From NCBI GenBank assembly GCA_050084985.1, contig JBITNC010000002.1:19158001-19222000 (forward strand): a stretch of 64,000 nucleotides of DNA, given 5' to 3'. A program made the position numbers and the translations under genes. Origin of the DNA: Nageia nagi. Taxonomy: Eukaryota > Plantae > Pinophyta. Below are positions 23,222 through 37,159 of this stretch, in pieces. Numbering within the stretch: position 1 is the first letter of the stretch; each line of letters opens with the position of its first letter. The notes below the pieces were generated by a model that saw nothing but the letters and a program-made list of their open reading frames with translations, searched no databases and had not been told where the DNA came from.

Positions 23222-25357
23222 TGTTGGATAAGATAGCAACTCTTACACCAAATTTTATTATTGATCATCATTAATGAAATAATAGGTTATCTTGGCCATG
23301 AGATTTATTGAGCCCAATTTATAAACATAAGCATAATGATATTTAACTGAATCATATAGTTCATCTATCCTAGAAGATTCAAAATAATATCTTCTCTAAA
23401 TTTTCAAATTACCCATTAAATAATATGCTTTTCAAGCAAACACTTAAATTATGAAATTATCCTCTAACATGCTTTGCAAATAAAAGATTATAATAGAAAA
23501 TTCAAGGTCACTATCTTCATCATCGAAAAATATTTAGTTCTTTTTCTTGGTTTGGACTATAATTGATTACCTTGTGATTTGAGGTTTCTAGGAAATTGGA
23601 TTTGTAGATGATAAAATGCAAACTTAATTGAATGGGAAAATATATTCCTAAGATATATCTACTTATATTACAAGCATACAATGGAGATTATTACATGTGA
23701 TGCTTAATAGAACAAATACCTAATGTAGATTTGGAATAAAAAGTATGATGATAATAACATAATTGAATGAAGTAACTTGGAAAAAATATGATAAAGGAAT
23801 GATAAATACTCATGAATTTACTTGGGAGACCTTTGAATAGTTATTGGAACTTGATTTGATATGGATGGACAACTGGGAAGGTGGGTGTGAAGAATTAAAG
23901 TATCTATATTCACAACATTAGCATTGGGGAGTAATGCAACCTAGTGTTGAGTTTGAGAGTCCTATGGAGCTTGAGTGAACTAATCCTAGATCCAATAACC
24001 AATAAACCAAACCTTAATTTATATTGTGAAGGAGTTACAGATAGCTCTTGAGTGAAATAGATTCCTATCTTGATAGGTGGTGTCTTATCAAGGTTTTATG
24101 AGAGATATGATAGTCCTATCGAGATGAAATCTTGATTGTCATCCCATGCATATGTTTCTCTATTTATAGGCATAATAGATTACCTAAAAGTACCATTGTA
24201 GCATTGATGCTCATGATCTCTTGTACAAAAAAAGAGAAAAATATAAAAGATAGAGCTTAAGTGGTCTTTTATTGATAATAACATGTAACATAACACTACA
24301 TAGATCATGATATCCAAAGGATCATATGAAAGTTAGTTTGGTCCTAAAAAGGATATCAAATTAGATGTTAATAGTTGTCTCCCTTTGCAAGTTTCAAGAA
24401 AATGAAATAAAATTATGCTAGTAAAGGAAAGAGAGAAAAGAATAATACTTCCATGAACCTGGTACAACTTGGAATTAATAATTTATTTGGTGATGTATTT
24501 CCTCCCGTCTTTGCATTAATTATCATGGAAGTGGTGACCATCAAGAATCAAGTGTAAAGAACTTGTGACAAAATATAAATACCTTCCAAAGATCATATAA
24601 ATATGTAGAATATAAATCCTTTGAGATTTCACTATCCATTGATATGTCATTGATAAAGAAATATTAATGAAAGAAACTATATCCTAGAACTTACTAGATT
24701 TCATCATCCATAGATATATCATTGATAAAAGGAACATAAATGAAAGAAACTATTCAAGGTTTTACTTTATGCAATAAAAAGTACTAAAATAAAACCTCAA
24801 AATAATCACATTGAACTTATCATTATAGGTACTCTTTTCCCTAGGTACCATTGGGAATCATAGAACCTTGAGATCATGTAAGCACGAGAACTTATGAAAT
24901 ATTTTTGAATATACCAAACTTATATAACATTTAAGATCATATGAGTATAAATAATATATTTTTGGAATTTTTAAAAACTTTTTAAGGAAGAAAAGTAGAA
25001 TAAAACTTTACCTATACTTACATATTGGAGGAAGCCTATAAATTGAAGCATTTATGATGAGATGCCTTATGCACACTAGAATTGGTGTTGACAACAACAC
25101 CAATGCTAATGAACATGACATATATTCCTTTGATTTTGGAATTGAAGCTTTCTTGTGAGGAATCAAACTTTAAGAAACCAAAATGACCTATTTTTGATGG
25201 GACATTTTCTTGAAACTAGTTTTAAAGTGACCTGCCTTAGTTTGGATGAAAATTTTTTTTCAACCTCAATTTTCACATTTATTATTTTTTAATGATCATT
25301 TTCTAAAAACCAAGGTCTTTACATAGCTTTGAAACAAATTCATAAAATGGCATTTAA
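23222..25357 (+). mobile_element. CRM-like element copy B: 3'-truncated LTR
   Basis: Collinear with 18348-21380 (e.g. TCTTGGCCATGAGATT, GATGAAATCTTGATT, CACTATCCATTGATATGTCATTGATAAA). Lacks the solo LTR. Confidence 0.85.
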
Positions 25358-25489
25358 CCCACGACTAGCATAAAGAAGATAAACTACATTTCCTTTGAGG
25401 TATATGATATTGAGATTGAAATTATATTGGTGAAATCATCATATGATAAGAAACTAAAAAATAGAAAAACTTACTCCATCTTGATCATG

Positions 25490-25985
25490 TGTGGAAGGGC
25501 TTAAGATATATTACATTGGTTGTGAAATTTTGTTCCTTTACTTTAAGGGTATGTAACTTATATACCCCATTGTGATATTTTTCCCTGATGACAAATTGAC
25601 CAATCCAATTGGAATAAAATTTTCCTTTTTTAATTTTATATGGTTCTCCATGAGTACTAATACACTAACCTTGAATTCCTTTGGCTTGATTTTCTTGTGG
25701 TATGCTTTTTTTTTTATATTTTTTTGATAAACCTTGAGATGTTCAAGAGAATTTACCCTAGTTTCATCAAGGCCTTGCAATTATCTTAACCTTATTGATC
25801 TTGTTTCCTCATGTACTATTGTACCTTCTGGTGAAAACCATAGGGATGGAATCTTAACTTTGAAAGATAAGAAACCTCATAAGCATAGACTAATGAGTTT
25901 GGAGTGCACTCTATAGCAAATCTAATGCTAGTTATATAAGCCCACAAAGCATAGACACACTATTCATACCAATTTCACTAGACTA
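25490..25985 (-). mobile_element. Tat/Ogre integrase C-terminal fragment
   Basis: YALWAYITSIR...LDETRVNSLEHLKVYQKNIKK..YHKKIKPKEFKV..LVL, homologous to the integrase end at 33630-34130. Confidence 0.75.
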
Positions 25986-26229
25986 AAAATAAGCTTCATA
26001 TGCAGGTAATTTTAGGGGGCTTTAAATTGCCTCAATTTGGGGTTTTAGTGGTGATTTTTGTTGAGTGGTTTTAAACCATCCTCATAAAATTACAAAGATG
26101 TGGTTTAAAATTGCACCTTAAAAACTGCCATAAAAAACATAAAAATCAAATAGAAAGATGCAAGCATGAAGCTTTCATGTGAGTGGGAAGGGTTTGTGCA
26201 TTCTTATTATAAAAAATTTCCCTCAAGGA

Positions 26230-27915
26230 AAACTATGCAACATTTGCATCCATTATTCCAACATGTGCCACCATAAGAGCTCCAAAATAAGGTATATGTA
26301 TATCTATGAAAGAGTAGTTAAAAATATTTTTTCATCATTCAATGTTATGGTTATGATTTCCTTGATTTTTCTTCAACACATATTCAACTCATACAAAACT
26401 ACATCATAAGCAATGCCCTTCAAGAGGAAAATATCCTTCATTTATTGGACTTAAAGTTGGCATATTGATGAAGAAGGTATGGAAATCCATCAAAGAGTAG
26501 GTGAAATAGTTTTTTTTTTTAATCAAATATTATGCTTATAAATGCCCTGGTAGACATGTATACATGGTGCACAATTTAATGGACAAGTCAAGTACCTCCA
26601 AGTTCTTCACTTCAATTACCTTATATTGGAATATGAATTTATTATGAATATGTTCATTCCCATCATTTTAGACATTCATAATGAATAGATATATTTCATT
26701 CTCCACTCCAAATCCATACATATCTCTCTTATCAACTACAACAATAATCCTCTTGTCATTCTTTGAAAGTAATAAAGTACAATCTTCATACAACATGTCA
26801 GTTAGCACTTCTCAAAAAAATTAAAATATTTTTGAAAAAACATGGTCTCGTAAAGGTGAATATTTATAAAATATTAAGAAAATGATCAATCTTGACTCCA
26901 AATTTTATGGGTTTACAATATTAAGATATATAGATACAACAAAGAGGGGTGATTTGCTAGGATATGGGGAACAACAACCCTAGGATTATCTTATGTGGAA
27001 GAGGTAATAACTTTAGCTTAGAATTTATTAATTGGAGGTGATCTAGATGTTCTAGGACCAATTAAGTATAATGATAGTCTTAACCACTATAGATTGTCTC
27101 CTGAATATCTTTAGGAAGAGTTTGAAAGGTGTAATACAAATTTTATTTTTTCCTTTCAACTAAAAACTCCTATCCATAATGGGTGTGCCTTACTCATATG
27201 ATTTATATATACTAATATGTATGCTCTTAAATATACCTTCCACTCTTGCAGACCTACATCATAACCAATACCTTCTAGAGGAGAATCTCCTTCATTCATT
27301 CATTGATTGCACCAAACTTAAATTTGGCCCATCCATAAAGAAGGTATGGACATCCATAAAAGGCTAGGTGAAATAGTTTTTCATCAAATATTATGGTTAT
27401 GAAAACCTTGATATACATGTATGAATGATGTATAGTTTCATGGACTACAATGATCACAAGATTTGAATACAATGGATATGTTGAAAGGACTTGGAATTGT
27501 TTAATAAAATGCATCATCTAGATGCAATCTCATGGAGTGCAATGATCATAGGATATACAAAAAAAGTTTTTCTAAAAAGGATTTAGAGACTTTTATACAT
27601 ATTGAATTATTAGGTGTAAAGCCAAATTCTGCAACCTTTATTAGCATTCTTCTATTATGTGCCACTATAGGAGCTTAGAAGAAGGTATGGCCATCAATCA
27701 AAGAGTAAATAAAAAATAAAGTTTCATTGAATGTTGTGTTTTGAATGCCCTAATATACATGTATGCAAAATATATAAGAATACATAAAGCCCAAGAATTG
27801 TTTAGAAAGATGGATGATGTAAATATAGCTTCATTGATTGCAATGATTAAAGGATATGCAATCCATGGCTATATCAAAGATTACATTAAACTCTTTGATA
27901 TAATAAAGCATTTGA
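26230..27915 (+). pseudogene. Fragmented PLS-class pentatricopeptide repeat (PPR) pseudogene pieces
   Basis: EEGMEIHQRV...INALVDMY (~26470-26565); LELFNKMHHLDAISWSAMIIGY, GVKPNSATFISILLLCATIGA and LNALIYMYAK...AQELFRKM...AMIKGYAIHGY (27340-27915). Frameshifts and stops present. Confidence 0.85.
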
Positions 27916-28599
27916 TATAAAGAAAATGATTTACAAAAATGAAGAAAGAAGTTATGCCTCTAACATTGGAGGCAACCATCCATCTATTAGTGCTATTCCA
28001 ATCATGGCTCATGATTTGAATCCATTATGTGATGAGATTCGAAACACAAGGGCACCTGATTTATAAGTAGAACCTATTTTTGATACATATAGTAGTGAGG
28101 GAGATCCTATGGATCATATCAAAGATTTTGAGATGAAGTTCAAATTAAACTTTGGGGTCAATGAGAATTTGATGGCTAAATATCTACCTACAACATTAAG
28201 AGGTGATGCACTAAATTCATACTTTTATTTACCTATTAAATCCATTAATTTCTATGTGCAACTTATTTCAAAATTTTATATACATTTCAAATAGTGTGCT
28301 TCTAAAAAAATGACAATTTCAGATCTAGTTAGTGCCATACAAGGTCCAAATGAAAGATTTGAAAATTTTTCCCAATGATTTCAAAACATATGAAGCATGA
28401 TCCTTAAAACTTTGTCTGAAAACCATATCATATCCATGTTTGTCCATAATATAAACCCTAAATTGAGATTTCAAGCCCTTTATTATATGATATTACCATT
28501 TATAGAGATTGTCAATAGAATTACAAAAAAAAAGAGAGATGCTTAGTTGAGATGGGTGATTTGAAATATGGAAATCCTAGCAAAGAAATAAAGGAAACT

Positions 28600-28602
<3 letters not shown>

Positions 28603-28674
<72 letters not shown>
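28603..28674. repeat. (TA)36 microsatellite inside the Ogre gag
   Basis: 72 bp of uninterrupted TA. Confidence 0.95.
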
Positions 28675-28679
<5 letters not shown>

Positions 28680-31600
28680 GGATAAAGAAGTATATACCAT
28701 AGAAGAGCCATTGTACAAATAAAGATAAAAGAGTGAAGCAAAATAATAATTTAAGAAGAACCACTGGTTGCCTTTAGATCTTACTATGAAGTTCAAGGAT
28801 TTCCTATAGAAGGGACTCATCAAACTTGAACCAAAATAGGATCTAGGTCCTCATGATGATAAACCTAGTTGGTACAATGAAGTGGAATTTTGTGATTTTC
28901 ATAAATTCAAAGGTCACAAGAAAATTTCTTACATGGTTCTAAGAAAATAGTTGCAAAAATTGTTAGATGATGGAAAAATCCAATATGAGGCCTATGCAGT
29001 CGATTCAGAGGATACATAACCACTTTCAATAAATGTCATTTTCAATGAGGAACTATGCAACACCGCTAAGAGAGGAAGAACTAGAGGGAACACCAATACA
29101 TCCACTATAGAAAGAACATAGATCCCTCATAATTCTAGTCCATAATAACTACTTGAGAAACTAAAGGTAACACATGCCAAAATAAGTATTTTTGAACTCT
29201 TGCAATTATCAAATAATCATAGAAATACTTTATTTGATGCACTTAAGAAAAATGAAGTTGATTTGAATATTCTTATGGCTAAATTAATTGCATTGGTATC
29301 CAATAATGATACTAATTTAATATGTAACATGCTTTCCTTTCAAGATAATAAATTACCTAGTGAAGATGTCATTAAAAAGAATTTAGGACTATATATCCAT
29401 GTTAATATTGATGGCATTCCTATTAAAAAAATATTGATTAATACTAGGTCAAATGTAAATATTTTTTTGGCTGATCTATTGCAAAAGTATTTTCCTTCAA
29501 TTTATGCAAAAATAAAAAGAACAATGATTAGAATTAAAGGGCTTGATAGTGCTCAAAGGAAATGCATTTGTTATGCCATTATGCCTATTGAAGTAGGTGG
29601 TAAATTTGTTGATCAAAAGGTTTATGTTTTTCAAATACATTTTCTATATAACATTTTGCTTCGAAGGCCATGGATTCAAAAGATTAGGGTTGTCATTTCT
29701 ACTTTACACCATTTAATCAAGTTTATGCACAAGGAAAGCATATCACTATTCATGCAAAAGATAAGCTCACAAATGTGTGTCAAGTAGTTGAAAGGTTTTG
29801 GATACCTCATGACTTATTTGAAGATGAGGAGACCAATGTGTGTCACTTTCTATTCCTATAGCCCAACATTATCACTCGAATGAGGATGAAATTGAGTATC
29901 ACCTCTCCATTATTGAAGAAGAAAATAATCTTGTTGAAGATGTTTAAGCCCTATACCATGAAAATGATGAAAAAAGTACATCAATAACTGACAATGATAT
30001 ACCAATTCTTAAAACTTCATCTGGTAAGGTAAGTTTGTATTTTAATGATTTGAATTCTACTTTTGCTAACCATTATATGCAAAAGTGTTAGTATGGTGGA
30101 AAAGGGTTAGATAAGAATGAGCAGAGGATCATAGAGCCTATTTTGAATGAAGGTCAACATAAGAGAATAAATAGAATTGGATTTGATGCTTCTACATCTA
30201 GCACACCACATTTCATCAATCAACAAGTTGATAGTAGTAGTCAAGGCTGCATTAGAGATATTTTGGATGAATGGCTATACTGTACCATGATGCATGACCC
30301 TATGAAGAAAATACAAGCTTACTATGCAAATCCATTCTTACCCCCTATAGCTTTGGTTTGAGTAGACATCTTTTAGAATGATTATGGTATGTTAGAGAAG
30401 TTGGGGGCATGAAGTGAGTTCCCTAAGTCCAGTAAAAAGAGGCTTGTAGTATGGTTCTTATGACATTAGGCTTATTTTGATGAGGAGGTCTACATAAATA
30501 ATTCAGACATTGTAGGTTATATCCTTATCTTCTCTCTTTACTTTCATTCATTTTTTATTGAGTTAGTCCTAGGTTTAGGTTATCTTTCTATCTTCCCTTT
30601 CAAAAATGGAGTGACATCATTGGGATCCTAGCATCGTTGCTCCATTATCTATATGTATTTTGGCTAATTTTGGAAGTAGGACTAGGAGCATTTCCTATGC
30701 TTTCCATACTTAGTGATGAAATGTCCTATCTTAGTGAAGATACAGTAGTAGTAAACATCGATACCCAAGAAGAACCATAATTGATCAAAATAGGAGCTTG
30801 GTTAACCTTGGAAGAATGAAAAAAGTACCACCTACTTTAAAAGAGTTTTTTGATGTCTTTTCTTGGTATTATTCTAATCTAGTTTATATTTATCCTAATT
30901 TTATCACACATAACCTAGTTGTTAATGAAAATGTTAAACATGTTCAACAAAATCCTAGAAAAATGCATCCTAGGGTAGCTCTTACTATTAAAAAGGATAT
31001 TGAAAAATATCTTGCTTCTAGTTTCATTGTTTCCATTCATTATTATCCATGAATTTCTAACATTATTCTTATAGTTAAGCCTAATGGTGAGATATAATGT
31101 TGTACAAATTTCAAGGATATCAACAAGGTATGTTCTAAAAATGCCTTTCCTTTGTCTAACATTGATATGATTGTAAATTCAATAGTAGCCCATGAGATTT
31201 TGTCTTTCATGGATGGTTTTTCTAGCTACAATAAAATAAGGATCAACAAGGAGGACCAACATAAGACAACTTTTGTTACTCATTAGGGCATATTTTGTTG
31301 TGTAGTCATGTTGGTCTAAAGAATGTAGGTTTAACTTATCAAAGAGTCATGTTGAGCATGTTACATCATATGATACATGAAAGTATTTAGGTGTATGTTG
31401 ATAACATTTTAGCCAAATTTGTAGCTATATATGATCACATTTTAGATTTATGGAAAGGTTTTCAAATAATAAGAGAGTACAAATTGAAGTTAAAACCTCA
31501 AAAGTGTGCATTTGGGTTATCATTAGGTAAATTTCTTGGCTTTAATATGTCACAAAGAGGAATTGAGGTGGATCCAAAGAAAGTTACAACCATTGTTGAT

Positions 31601-34353
31601 TTACCACCTTCAAAAATTTGAAGGAATTGAGAAGTATTTTCAATAAAGTGTAAGAAGTTAGAAGGTTCATTGCTCAGTTAGAAGATATGACTCTCCTTTT
31701 TCTCACTTGTTGAAGAAAGATGAGAAATAGGAATTTGGGATGAAAAGTGTCAAAAATATTTGGATAACATCAAAAGGTATCTTACCAATCCTCCAATATT
31801 ATTCCCTTATGATTTGACAAAGAACTTATTACTTTATGTTTCAATAACCATGAGTGTCCTAGGGGAAATATTGGCTCAAAAAGATGATAACAATAAGGAA
31901 AGAGTCATTTATTACATCAGTAAGACTTTTCTTGATTATGAAACAAGATATACCTTAATAAAAAAGATGTGCTTTGTAATAGTATTCTAAACCAAAAAGT
32001 TAATACATTACATGCTTAGCAATACAATATATTTTATAGCTCAAGCTTATCCACTCAAATATCTCATGTCTAAATCCTACCTCTCTAGAAGAGCTATGGA
32101 ATGGATGATGTTGCTTCAAGAATATGATTTGGTCTTTATCACTCAGAAATTAATTAAAGGACAAGCTACAATAGACTTTATCTTCAACCATCAATGGAAT
32201 GAAGTATCATGTACACAACAAGAGTTTCTAGATGAAGTGTAGTATTAGACCAACTATAGTACTAGCACCACCAATGGATTCCAATATCATCACTTAGATG
32301 ACGAACATGAATTTCCTCAAAAAAATTTGGCTTCATGGAAGATGATGAGTGGAAATTATTTTTTGATAGATCGAAGTGAATTCATGAAGCTAGGGTAGGA
32401 ATTATCATAATTAATCTGCACAATGATGTTATCCTTATGTTCTACCATTTTAGTTTTGATTGTACTAACAACATGGCAAAATATGAGGCTCTTATTTTAG
32501 TTCTAAAGGTTGCAAAACTTCTCAAACTACAAAGGATAAAATCCTTTATTGATTATTATTTAATAATAAAGCAAGTGTCCAACATCTACAACACCAAGGA
32601 TCCCAAGTTGTAACTATACAAAGAAATGTTAGAAAATCTACTCATGTACTTCACAAAGAATCAAATTGACAACATTCCAAAAGATAACATGATGTATATT
32701 GATGCTATGTTTAGTGCTGCTTCCCTTGCTCCCATTAACATAGAAGATGAAGAAATCATCCTCACACTAAAAATATTGGTAAGACTTCACATGAGTGTGA
32801 TGTTCAAAATTTCATTCAAGATCATTATTTTTTAGCAACTTGTATCAATTCATGTGAATGGTATCAATATGTTTTCAATTATCTAAAAAATGGTATTATC
32901 CCTATTGCTTTTAATCATAATGCAAGAATTAGAATTAAAAACCTAGTTGCCAAACATGTCATTATTGGTTATTTGCTATATAGAAGATCTTTTGATGGTA
33001 CTCTCCTTAGATGTTTAATGAGGAATGAAATAGAAATGGCACTTCATCAAGCTCATGATGATAAATGTGGTGGTCACTTTAGTAATAAATTTGTTTATCA
33101 AAAATTACTTAGACTAGGTTATTATTGGCCTACTATGTTTGAAGATTTTGAATTACATTTTAGGAAATGTGAGCAATGTTAAAAGAATGCTAGAATTCAA
33201 CCTTCTCTTTCCTATGATTTACATTCTATTGTACCTCCTTGTCCATTTTCTATTTGGTAACTTGATTTTATTGGTAAAATTAACCTTATTTCAAGATATG
33301 AACATAAGTTTATCATTACAGTTATGAAGTACTTCACTAAATGGGTGGAGGCTATACCTATGAAGTTAGCAAAAGGAGGTAAAATTAATTTCTTATTGAA
33401 TATATCATTTTCAAATATAGTATGCCTTCCAAATTGTTCATGTATAATGGTATTAGCATTAAAGGTAATGAAATTAGAGATTTTTGTGCAAAATATCATA
33501 TTGAGAGGAAATTCTATATACCTTACTACTCCCAAGGTGATGGTCAAGCTACAACATAAAATAAATTCATAAGGGGTATCCTATCCAAAACTATTGCACA
33601 ACATGGTAAATATTGGCATGAACAACTCCTTTATGCTTTATGGGTCTATAGAACTAGCATTCACACTTTTATAGATGCCACACCCTTTTCCTTAATGTAT
33701 GGACGTGAAGTTGTGGTCCCATTAGATCTAAAAATCCAATTGCTTCAAGTATCCCTAGATGGTTTCATTCCTAATGAAGATAGATGGAAAGCTTAATTAG
33801 CCCAATTAGAGGTCCTAGATGAGAAAAAGTTTAATTGTCTAGAGCATCTTCATGCTTATCATTATTGAATCCAATAAGCCTATAACAAAAATATCATCCC
33901 TAAAGAATTCAAGGTAGGTAACCTTGTATTAAAATAAAATCTTACCAACACTAAATCTTTTAAGAATGAAAAGAAGGGTAAGTTCGAACCTAACTGGATA
34001 GGTCCTTACATTGTCCTTACATTGTCATTGTGAACTATGGAAAAGGTGCATATAAACTATCTACAATTGAATTTAGAGAGGAAAATAATCCAATTCATGT
34101 CATGCATCTAAAATTTTTTTACATCTAATAGTTTTCATGCAAATATATCTTTTTGCATTTTTGGATACTAACATTGCAGGTTAGTCAAGTCAATAACCCA
34201 AAAACACCTCTATGCTTCTAGCACTATCATTGTATTTAGTACAATCCATGCCATGCTAAAATAATGATAAGGTAACTTATCCATCTATTTATCTTTTTTT
34301 CATTAAAAAATTGTTTATCATACATTTCTCTTTTCATTTGTATCATTTGATGC

Positions 34354-34508
34354 CTTTGTAAGGAAGGTTCATTCTTATCAAAAATACATGGAAACATGGT
34401 GGCTTGGGGAAACCAAGTTGGTCACTCTTATCACTTAACACCTTTGTAAGGAAGGGTCATCCATATCAAAAATCCATGGCAACATGATAGCTTGGGAAAC
34501 CAAGTTAA
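34354..34508 (+). repeat. ~88-bp-period tandem repeat in the Ogre 3' UTR
   Basis: CTTTGTAAGGAAGG...ATCAAAAAT.CATGG.AACATG...GCTTGGG..AACCAAGTT at ~34354 and ~34442. Confidence 0.7.
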
Positions 34509-36269
34509 TCATCATAAATTGGTAATCTTTATTCATTAGTCTTGGTGGGTAAGTCACCAAGAACAAGTTTGCATTCTTATCACTTACCATATTATCCATA
34601 TCATAATGTTAATCTTTATATTTGAAATATCTTATGTAAAAATATTTCTTGTCTAATCTCTTTGCAGGTTCCTTATTCTTTGTCTTGGATTGATTCTATG
34701 ATGAGAGGTCCATCATATTGCAACCAAGTCAAATAGGGGGCATAATATAGGCAAAACATTGGGTCATCTGAAGCTACTACCATGAGATAACTTTTCAAGG
34801 GGTATTTTCTTACTCTTACATTTTTTTCTTAAATATACTTTGAATTATGCTTTGACTTTCATTGTTCCAAAAGCATTAAAACATATGCAAAGTGGGGCAT
34901 TTGTTAACACCTAAAAATGAATTTTATTTTAATTAAAATACCCTTTTTAGTTATTTGAAATGATTTATTTAATTTATTAAATAAATACATTTATCAATGT
35001 GCACTCTCATAAACCTTTATATTTTATGGTAACAGGTCAGTCGATATCACAATAAGCCCAAGGATGATATAGATTTTGCATTATCAATGGATAAAAATAT
35101 CATGATTGCTTTGGGTGGAATTAGATCATGTTTTATATATGTTGTTACCACCCAAAATGTTTAAGTACTTCAATTCTAAAAAAATTCCAAAAAAATTGAT
35201 CTTCAAAAAAACTAAAAAGAAAAATTTAAAAATTAATATTTTAAAGCTATTTTTTAGTTGGTTGGATCAAGCTGATCTTTAATGTTCTAGTTGTCTTCCT
35301 CAACCCAACTACTTTCTTTTATTTGATTCATTTACTAATTAGTTGGATCAAGTTGTTCCTTAAAATATTTTTACAAGTCTCCCTAATCTAACCAACTAAA
35401 TTCATCTATCATATTCTAATTAATTAGATCAAGTCATCCTTGAAAAATATTTTCATCACTCACCCTAAAGATCTAAGTATTTTTTCCTAAATCATTTTTC
35501 AATTAGTCAAATCGATAAGACTGTTAACAAAAAGTTTTGATTTGTCATTAACCTTATCGATTCGACCATCTAATTTGTGATTTTTTAAAAGTTTTTATTC
35601 AAATAAAAAGGCAAGTTAATATTTGTTATCATCAACCTCCCTGACCCAACCAACAAATGCATTTTGGTCATATTGATATTGAGTTCAAGCTTTGTTCCAT
35701 GTGCACTTCATTGTCTATCATATTTCAACCAACTAGAAATTATTACTTCATTCAGATAATATTGAGTTAATCTACTACATCGTTGTGTTTTAGTATTAAC
35801 TTTCCTAATCTTACCAATGTATCCCTCTTAGTAAAATCAACTAACTTGTCTACCAAGTTTTCACCTACTCACCAAGTTAACTTATTCAACCTGACTAACA
35901 CATTCTTGTCTCCACTTGCCTTGATCAATGTGTAAAACCTAGCTACTCATAACCATTGATCTAGTACATATATTAACATGTTCATAACATATATACCTTA
36001 TATACCACTCATAGAATATAAATATAAGTTCTTCCTATATTAACCTATAAGGAGGTCAAATTGAAATACAGGTCAAGGATTTAGAGTTCAAATTTTTTGA
36101 ATCATAGTGTTCAACCCAAATTGGACTTCATCAACCTCCCATTAGATTTGAATCAAGGACTAAGGGTAACTCAAGTGTTTATATTTGTCAAATTTATGAG
36201 GATGATCATAAGTATCAAGACATCATTTCAACCCTTGTATCGATCCAACTAATGATTTCATACTTTTAG

Positions 36270-36900
36270 ACGATCAAAGAAACTCATACAATAACGATTT
36301 GAGCAACTATGAAGGGACAAGGTAATTTTTCTAAGGATAAAACATGGGTTATATCAATGATAATGATTAAAGAAAAATGAAAAATGTAAAGGATGAAGTT
36401 GATTTCATCCAATCTTTTATAAATTGAGAGTTTTAGAGCACAACTTGGTTAATCAGACCCAAATGATTGACTAGAAAAAATATCATATTGTTGTTGGAGA
36501 CATTTTAAACCTCATTAAGGTTAAGGAAAAATATTTCACGACTAAAAATAAATTTCTCAAGGAAATAAGGTCTTTTCCACAATGATGATGACTATTCAAA
36601 CTAAATTTTGTTAACAAGAATATCAACATGACCTTCTCATTTTGGATTTAAAAACTAAATAATAAATTTTAAATCTCATAAATGATTATTTAGATCTAAT
36701 TAAATAAAATGAGACTTTACCAATTGTAAAAGAATTCATTTAAAAAAATATGTCAGATTATCAGAGTCAATGTCAATGTGAATTAGAAGTTATCAACATC
36801 CTTATCTATCCAACTTTCTTATTTAAAAATTAGAATCAATAATGATTTCAAATGGTTTTTTCTAATCATAATCTAAATAACCTATTAAATAAAATTCTAT
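36270..36900 (+). mobile_element. Degenerate LINE endonuclease-like fragment
   Basis: HIVVGD-like (~36485) and SD(Y/H)-like (~36755) remnants at APE-endonuclease-like spacing; heavily decayed. Confidence 0.35.
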
Positions 36901-37159
36901 ATCTTTTGTTGAAAATAATTTGAGTATGACTAAGAGAAAATAAAGTTTTATCTTATGAAAATTTTTACTCATATTTGTATCATGTGAGATGAGTTCTCAA
37001 AGAGATTGTATGAAAAAAGATTGATGAAATCAAATTTGATTGAGCTACAAAAGGATGGGAGCTTAAAATAAGAATAAATATTCAATGATGGACTAAAGAA
37101 CATTAGAGATATAGAGTGGAGTCACAACAATTTGTAAACTATATACAAAGATGCAAAAA

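Larger units (their letters stand above)
27930..35030 (+). mobile_element. Degenerate Ogre/Tat Ty3/gypsy element lacking its 5' LTR: gag-PR-G-patch-RT-RH-aRH-INT, 3' UTR, PPT, start of 3' LTR
   Basis: gag GDPMDHIKDF (~28100); PR KILINTRSNVN (~29430); RT VYVDNIL (31391); RH (31760-32190); second RNase H WKLFFD...CTNNMAKYEAL (32345-32750); INT HHCC and YFTKWVEAIP; ends ~34128. PPT AGTGGGGCA then TGTTAACACC at 34902. Confidence 0.92.

Noticed and set aside
28521-28823. IYIY-repeat ORFs
   Set aside because: Artefact of the (TA)n microsatellite.
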